A model generated the notes under the pieces. The model was given only the letters and a program-made list of their open reading frames with translations, was not told where the DNA came from and did not search any database. Below, piece after piece: positions 33,106 to 37,048 of a DNA stretch of 37,048 bases; the first letter of the stretch is position 1; every line of letters begins with the position of its first letter. Location: positions 1-37,048 of the forward strand of contig JBAZVM010000009.1 of NCBI GenBank assembly GCA_041660885.1, in the 5' to 3' direction. Origin of the DNA: Patescibacteria group bacterium (lineage in GTDB: Bacteria > Patescibacteriota > Patescibacteriia > UBA9570 > JAHJKD01). Both the position numbers and the translations under genes were made by a program.

Positions 33106-33487
33106 AGCCGTATTATTTAAAGAAGTGACGGCGCCTCTAATTACTGAAAAGAAGCAGAAAAAAGTTCTGGAGAATTTCAATAAACTGATAAAAGCAAAAG
33201 AAACGATGGGCGTTAATGTGGTGATTATCAATCCGCAAAAGATGAGGGAGATTAATAAGCGCTACCGCCAGCGCGATAAAGTCACCGATGTTCTTTCTTT
33301 CCGCTATGGGCCTGAAACCGGAGAGGTCTATATCTGCTACGATGAAGTGCGAAAAACCGCCGGTGGATTCGCCGAGTTGTTGGTTCATGGTCTTTTGCAT
33401 TTAGTCGGGTATGATCATGAAACAAATAAAAAAGACGCGGCCAAAATGTTTAATAAACAGCAATTAATATTAAATTATGGGAATTAG
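33098..33487 (+). CDS. ybeY: rRNA maturation endoribonuclease YbeY
   Basis: The metal-binding motif HGLLHLVGYDHE and TDVLSF are present. It overlaps the upstream stop by 8 nt. Confidence 0.9.
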   Translation: MIKAVLFKEVTAPLITEKKQKKVLENFNKLIKAKETMGVNVVIINPQKMREINKRYRQRDKVTDVLSFRYGPETGEVYICYDEVRKTAGGFAELLVHGLLHLVGYDHETNKKDAAKMFNKQQLILNYGN

Positions 33488-33848
33488 CCTGCGAAAATTA
33501 GTAAAAAGCTTTTATTACGCGCAAAGAGGTTTGGTTTATGTGATAAAAAACGAGCAAAATTTTAGAATTCAATTAATAATTGGCATTTTAGTTATCATTG
33601 CCATGATTCTTTTACAGGTGGAAATATGGCAGGCGATCGTGCTGTTAATGTTGATATTAACGGTGCTTGTTTTAGAGCTGATAAACACGATTTTTGAAAA
33701 AATAGTGGATATTTTAAAACCAAGAATACATTTTTATGTAGAAATAATTAAAGATATAATGGCCGCGGCGGTTTTATTAGCCAGTATCGGGGCCGCTTTG
33801 ATCGCTTTTTTAATTTTTGTGCCGTATCTTATAGCTTTTTTTAATTAA
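33477..33848 (+). CDS. dgkA: diacylglycerol/undecaprenol kinase (DgkA family)
   Basis: 123 aa with 3 TM segments. Family-typical segments are FYYAQRGLVYVIKNEQNFRIQL, ELINTIFEKIVD and IKDIMAAAVLLASIGA. The ybeY-dgkA adjacency is conserved. Confidence 0.85.
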   Translation: MGISLRKLVKSFYYAQRGLVYVIKNEQNFRIQLIIGILVIIAMILLQVEIWQAIVLLMLILTVLVLELINTIFEKIVDILKPRIHFYVEIIKDIMAAAVLLASIGAALIAFLIFVPYLIAFFN

Positions 33849-33888
33849 TTGTATTATAATAATCAGTAAGATATTATATTGAATCATT

Positions 33889-35133
33889 ATGGCCAAGGAC
33901 GCAATTATAACAGGTTTAGATGTCGGCTCCACTACCATTCGCGTAGCTGTCGGGCAAAGAAACTATCAAGATAACGAAGTGCATATTATTGGCGCGGCCG
34001 AACATCCGGCCGAGGGCATCAGCAAAGGCGTTGTTACCAGCATTGAAGACGCCATTGCTTCGATTTCCGGCGCTTTAGAGAAAGTGGAACGCATGACTGG
34101 CATTCCCGTAGAGCAGGCCTATGTGAGCATTAACGGTTCGCATGTGATATCGCAGGAAAGCCATGGTGTTGTGGCCGTATCCAAAGCCGATGGCGAAATA
34201 AAGGAAGACGATGTCGCGCGCGCCATAGAAGCCGCTCAAACCGTAGCTACGCCGCCTAATTACGAAATTTTGCACGTTATACCGCGCCAATTTACCGTAG
34301 ATAATCAAAAAGGCATCAAAGATCCGGTTGGCATGACAGGTATTAAATTAGAAGTGGATACGCAAATAATTTTGGGCCTTTCTTCTCAAGTAAAAAACCT
34401 TACCAAATGCATCTATCGCACTGGCGTGGATATCCAAGATTTAGTAGTCGGCGTTCTGGCTTCTTCGGAAAGCGTGCTTTCCCGCAGGCAGAAGGAATTG
34501 GGCGTGGCCTTGGTGAATTTAGGCGGCCTCACCACCAGCATTATGGTTTTTGAAGAAGGGGATGTAATATATACGAAAATTTTACCGGTCGGTTCCGGAC
34601 ACATTACCAATGATATCGCCATAGGTTTGCGCACCTCTGTTGAAATGGCGGAAAAAATAAAAGCCGAACATGGCACTGCTTTGCCCTCGGAAGTAGGCAA
34701 GAAAGACGAGATAGATTTGGCGCAAATGGACGGCGGCGAAGAAGGATTGGTTTCCAAAAAAGAAGTAGCGGAAATTATCGAAGCCAGAGTGGAAGAAATT
34801 TATAATTTAATTAATAAAGAATTAAAAAATATCGATAGAGCCGGCATGCTTCCAGCGGGCATTGTGCTAACCGGCGGCGGCGCCAAATTGCATGGCATGG
34901 TGGATGTGGCCAAAAAAGTATTCTGCCTGCCTGCTTCCGTGGGCGTGCCCAAAGATTTTAAAACAGCCATCGATAAAATAAACGACCCGGTATTTGCCAC
35001 AGCCGTTGGCTTGGTGATGTGGGGCGCGAATTTAGAACAGAACAATAAAAAAGGAAGCTTTATTCCCAAGTTTTCTTCGGTGATGGATGTTACCGGAAAC
35101 ATGAAGAAATGGTTTAAATCTTTATTGCCGTAA
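33889..35133 (+). CDS. ftsA: cell division protein FtsA
   Basis: Actin-fold motifs GLDVGSTTIRVAVG, LVNLGGLTTSIMVFEEG and IVLTGGGAKLHG are present. The C-terminal amphipathic tail is MKKWFKSLL. Confidence 0.95.
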   Translation: MAKDAIITGLDVGSTTIRVAVGQRNYQDNEVHIIGAAEHPAEGISKGVVTSIEDAIASISGALEKVERMTGIPVEQAYVSINGSHVISQESHGVVAVSKADGEIKEDDVARAIEAAQTVATPPNYEILHVIPRQFTVDNQKGIKDPVGMTGIKLEVDTQIILGLSSQVKNLTKCIYRTGVDIQDLVVGVLASSESVLSRRQKELGVALVNLGGLTTSIMVFEEGDVIYTKILPVGSGHITNDIAIGLRTSVEMAEKIKAEHGTALPSEVGKKDEIDLAQMDGGEEGLVSKKEVAEIIEARVEEIYNLINKELKNIDRAGMLPAGIVLTGGGAKLHGMVDVAKKVFCLPASVGVPKDFKTAIDKINDPVFATAVGLVMWGANLEQNNKKGSFIPKFSSVMDVTGNMKKWFKSLLP

Positions 35134-35170
35134 TTATAAAGAGACTTAATATATCAAAATAAACCCCCGG

Positions 35171-35204
35171 TTTAAAACCGGGGGTTTATTTTATGTTTAT
35201 TTAT
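35171..35204 (+). terminator. intrinsic terminator after ftsA
   Basis: AAACCCCCGG (35171-35180) pairs with CCGGGGGTTT (35188-35197) around a 7-nt loop, followed by a T-rich tail. Confidence 0.7.
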
Positions 35205-35240
35205 GATTGTCTCTTTGAACAATAATCTTATGCAAAAACC

Positions 35241-35269
35241 TTGACTTTATGAACAATTTTAGTTACTAT
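35241..35269 (+). promoter_or_regulatory. sigma70-like promoter upstream of ftsZ
   Basis: TTGACT (35241-35246), 17 nt, then TACTAT (35264-35269). Confidence 0.4.
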
Positions 35270-35320
35270 TAAAAACAACAAATTTTTAAATAATAATTTT
35301 AGTGTTCATATTAAGCATTT

Positions 35321-36499
35321 ATGCAAAAAAAATCTAACTCCAAATATATGGAAATAAAACCAGATATAGAAACATTTGCCAAGATCAAAGTAATCGGCGT
35401 TGGCGGATCCGGCGGATCAGCCGTTTCGCGCATGATCGAAAGCGGTTTTAAAGGTGTGGAATTCGTGGCTGTTAACACCGATGCCCAAGCATTACAGCAT
35501 AATCCCGCTGCTAAAAAAGTGCACATTGGCAAGGCTACCACGCGCGGATTAGGCGCGGGTATGGATCCGGAAGTTGGCAGAAAAGCGGCTGAAGAAAGCC
35601 AAGAAGAATTAAAGGATATGATGAAGTCGGCAGATATGGTTTTTGTTTCTTGCGGTTTGGGCGGCGGCACCGGCAGCGGAGCCTCACCTTTATTGGCGGA
35701 CATAGCCAAAGAAGCCGGCGCATTAACCGTGGCTGTGGTTACCAAGCCCTTCTCTTTTGAAGGAGCGCAAAGAAAAGCCATCGCGGAAAACGCCTTAGCC
35801 GAATTAGCGGGTAAAGTAGATACCATAATTACCATTCCCAACGACAGATTATTGCAGATTATAGATAAAAAAACTTCTTTGCTGGATGCTTTTAAAACAG
35901 TTGATGAAGTGCTCAGCCAAGGCGTGCGCGGCATCTCCGATTTAATTACTCTTCCCGGTTTAATTAATGTAGACTTTGCCGATGTTAAAGCCGTTATGCA
36001 AGATGCCGGTTCGGCTTTAATGGGAATTGGAACGGCGTCCGGAGAAAATCGCGCGGTGGAAGCGGCTAAGATGGCTATTGATAGTCCCTTATTAGAGATG
36101 TCTATCAACGGCGCCAAAGGCATATTATTTACCGTTGCCGGCGGCCCGAATTTAGGCATGTATGAAGTAAATGAAGCCGCTCGCATTATTACGGAAAATG
36201 CCGATCCTAACGCAAAAATAATTTTTGGTTCAGTGATCGATGAATCCATGAATGACGATGTAAAAGTAACCGTGGTGGCCACAGGTTTTTCCGACCAGCC
36301 GCATCGTTCTACTAAGAAAATAAAAGCCACTAAAGTAAGCCCTTTTTCCAGACAAGCATATTCCGATGAAGTGAAAGAAGAAAAAGAGCCGACGCCTTCT
36401 CAATTTAAATCTCGCGCCATATTAAATGAAGATCCGGTAGACACTACTGAAGATGATGATTTGGAAGTGCCGGCTTTCATCCGCAAGAAGATGATGTAA
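35321..36499 (+). CDS. ftsZ: cell division protein FtsZ
   Basis: VIGVGGSGGSAV and the tubulin signature GGGTGSGASP are present. The conserved C-terminal peptide is DDLEVPAFIRKKMM. An alternative start lies at the internal Met (MEIKPD). Confidence 0.95.
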   Translation: MQKKSNSKYMEIKPDIETFAKIKVIGVGGSGGSAVSRMIESGFKGVEFVAVNTDAQALQHNPAAKKVHIGKATTRGLGAGMDPEVGRKAAEESQEELKDMMKSADMVFVSCGLGGGTGSGASPLLADIAKEAGALTVAVVTKPFSFEGAQRKAIAENALAELAGKVDTIITIPNDRLLQIIDKKTSLLDAFKTVDEVLSQGVRGISDLITLPGLINVDFADVKAVMQDAGSALMGIGTASGENRAVEAAKMAIDSPLLEMSINGAKGILFTVAGGPNLGMYEVNEAARIITENADPNAKIIFGSVIDESMNDDVKVTVVATGFSDQPHRSTKKIKATKVSPFSRQAYSDEVKEEKEPTPSQFKSRAILNEDPVDTTEDDDLEVPAFIRKKMM

Positions 36500-36525
36500 A
36501 ATCCTCACACCTTAAATTAAACAAA

Positions 36526-36554
36526 CCCCCAAATTAATTTGGGGGTTTTTGTTT
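36526..36554. terminator. bidirectional intrinsic terminator between convergent genes
   Basis: The perfect 20-nt palindrome CCCCCAAATTAATTTGGGGG (36526-36545) is flanked by an A-rich tract upstream and TTTTTGTTT downstream. Confidence 0.7.
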
Positions 36555-36557
36555 CGT

Positions 36558-37048
36558 TTATTCCTCAAACGGCACCCAGCTAAACACGGTTTTGCCAACA
36601 TGGTTAAGAAGCACTACTACATGCTTATCTTGTATTTCTACTCTGTAGTCTTTGTTAATGTTTTGGTAACTGGTTTGTTTTAATAAATGGAAAGTGTTCT
36701 TTTTAGTGTTAAAGCTGTATATACGAATATACAGGGTAGAACCTCTTTGCGCGGTCACGGCAATCTCTTCCGTGTTGTTAGTGTCATTAAGATTACCTAC
36801 AGCTGGCTGTCTCCAGTGTAATTTGGGGGATAATCTCTTTTTAGCTAATATTTCTCCATTAACATCGTACATATGCATGGTAGAACCTGATTTTCTTTTG
36901 GTGGCTAGCACAAAGTATTGATTATCTAAGGTTATTAACCTTGGAATGACTCCTCCTTTGTAAAAAGCGCTCCAATGTTTAAGAAGAACATTGTTAATAT
37001 CATATAGCTTAACTATGCCTCTTCCTTTTTTTGTGCCTAAAGCATAAG
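36558..37048 (-). CDS. partial (5' end off window) hypothetical protein with repeated beta-strand-rich units
   Basis: The reading frame stays open from the window edge: YALGTKKGRGIVKLYDINNV...FVLATKRKSGSTMHMYDVNGE...GSTLYIRIYSFNTKKN.... The track's GTG at 36911 is therefore probably internal. I recognise no family. Confidence 0.55.
   Translation of the reverse strand, partial: YALGTKKGRGIVKLYDINNVLLKHWSAFYKGGVIPRLITLDNQYFVLATKRKSGSTMHMYDVNGEILAKKRLSPKLHWRQPAVGNLNDTNNTEEIAVTAQRGSTLYIRIYSFNTKKNTFHLLKQTSYQNINKDYRVEIQDKHVVVLLNHVGKTVFSWVPFEE

Noticed and set aside
35311-36330. 339-aa ORF antisense to ftsZ
   Set aside because: It is a shadow ORF opposite a strongly supported, highly conserved gene. 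Its translation is a low-complexity Ala/Ser/Pro mirror of the Gly/Ala-rich FtsZ.

Overview
This is an AT-rich, tightly packed bacterial chromosome fragment. Short housekeeping proteins, Asn-rich linkers, a CPR-type 'pilin' double-TM module and thrombospondin-type-3 repeats point to a Candidate Phyla Radiation / Patescibacteria (Parcubacteria-like) genome. Recognisable core genes are a partial ybaB-like gene, dnaB, tRNA-Lys(UUU), mtaB-like, an AdoMet-decarboxylase-like gene, a 7TM-GAF histidine kinase, a P2-type cation ATPase, a DJ-1/PfpI gene and mfd. They continue with pth, der, an LCP-family gene, hisS, a HIT gene, rpsU, yqeY, ybeY, dgkA, ftsA and ftsZ. Five things stand out against this backbone. 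(1) A 1.8-kb island splits the normally adjacent pth and mfd genes. It carries a GC-rich orphan ORF behind a consensus promoter, a DUF3800 gene, and two divergently transcribed structured small RNAs, each with its own promoter and terminator. (2) A 2,491-aa cysteine-rich surface protein uses a VirB2/TrbC-like CPR pilin module as its N-terminal anchor. It is translationally coupled to rpsU-yqeY and followed by two Asn-linker/TSP3-repeat membrane proteins, all sitting between rpsU-yqeY and ybeY-dgkA. (3) A single-gene island of about 60-65% GC encodes a GNAT-like protein. (4) A translationally coupled pair of unknown proteins (299 aa and ~693 aa, the latter with an HExxH motif) lies beside the tRNA gene. 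(5) A histidine kinase, a 54-aa micro-membrane protein, a P-type ATPase and a DJ-1 gene form one string with no response regulator. No CRISPR array, rRNA, transposase or integrase was seen. All functional calls rest on motif recognition by eye, and no database search was possible.
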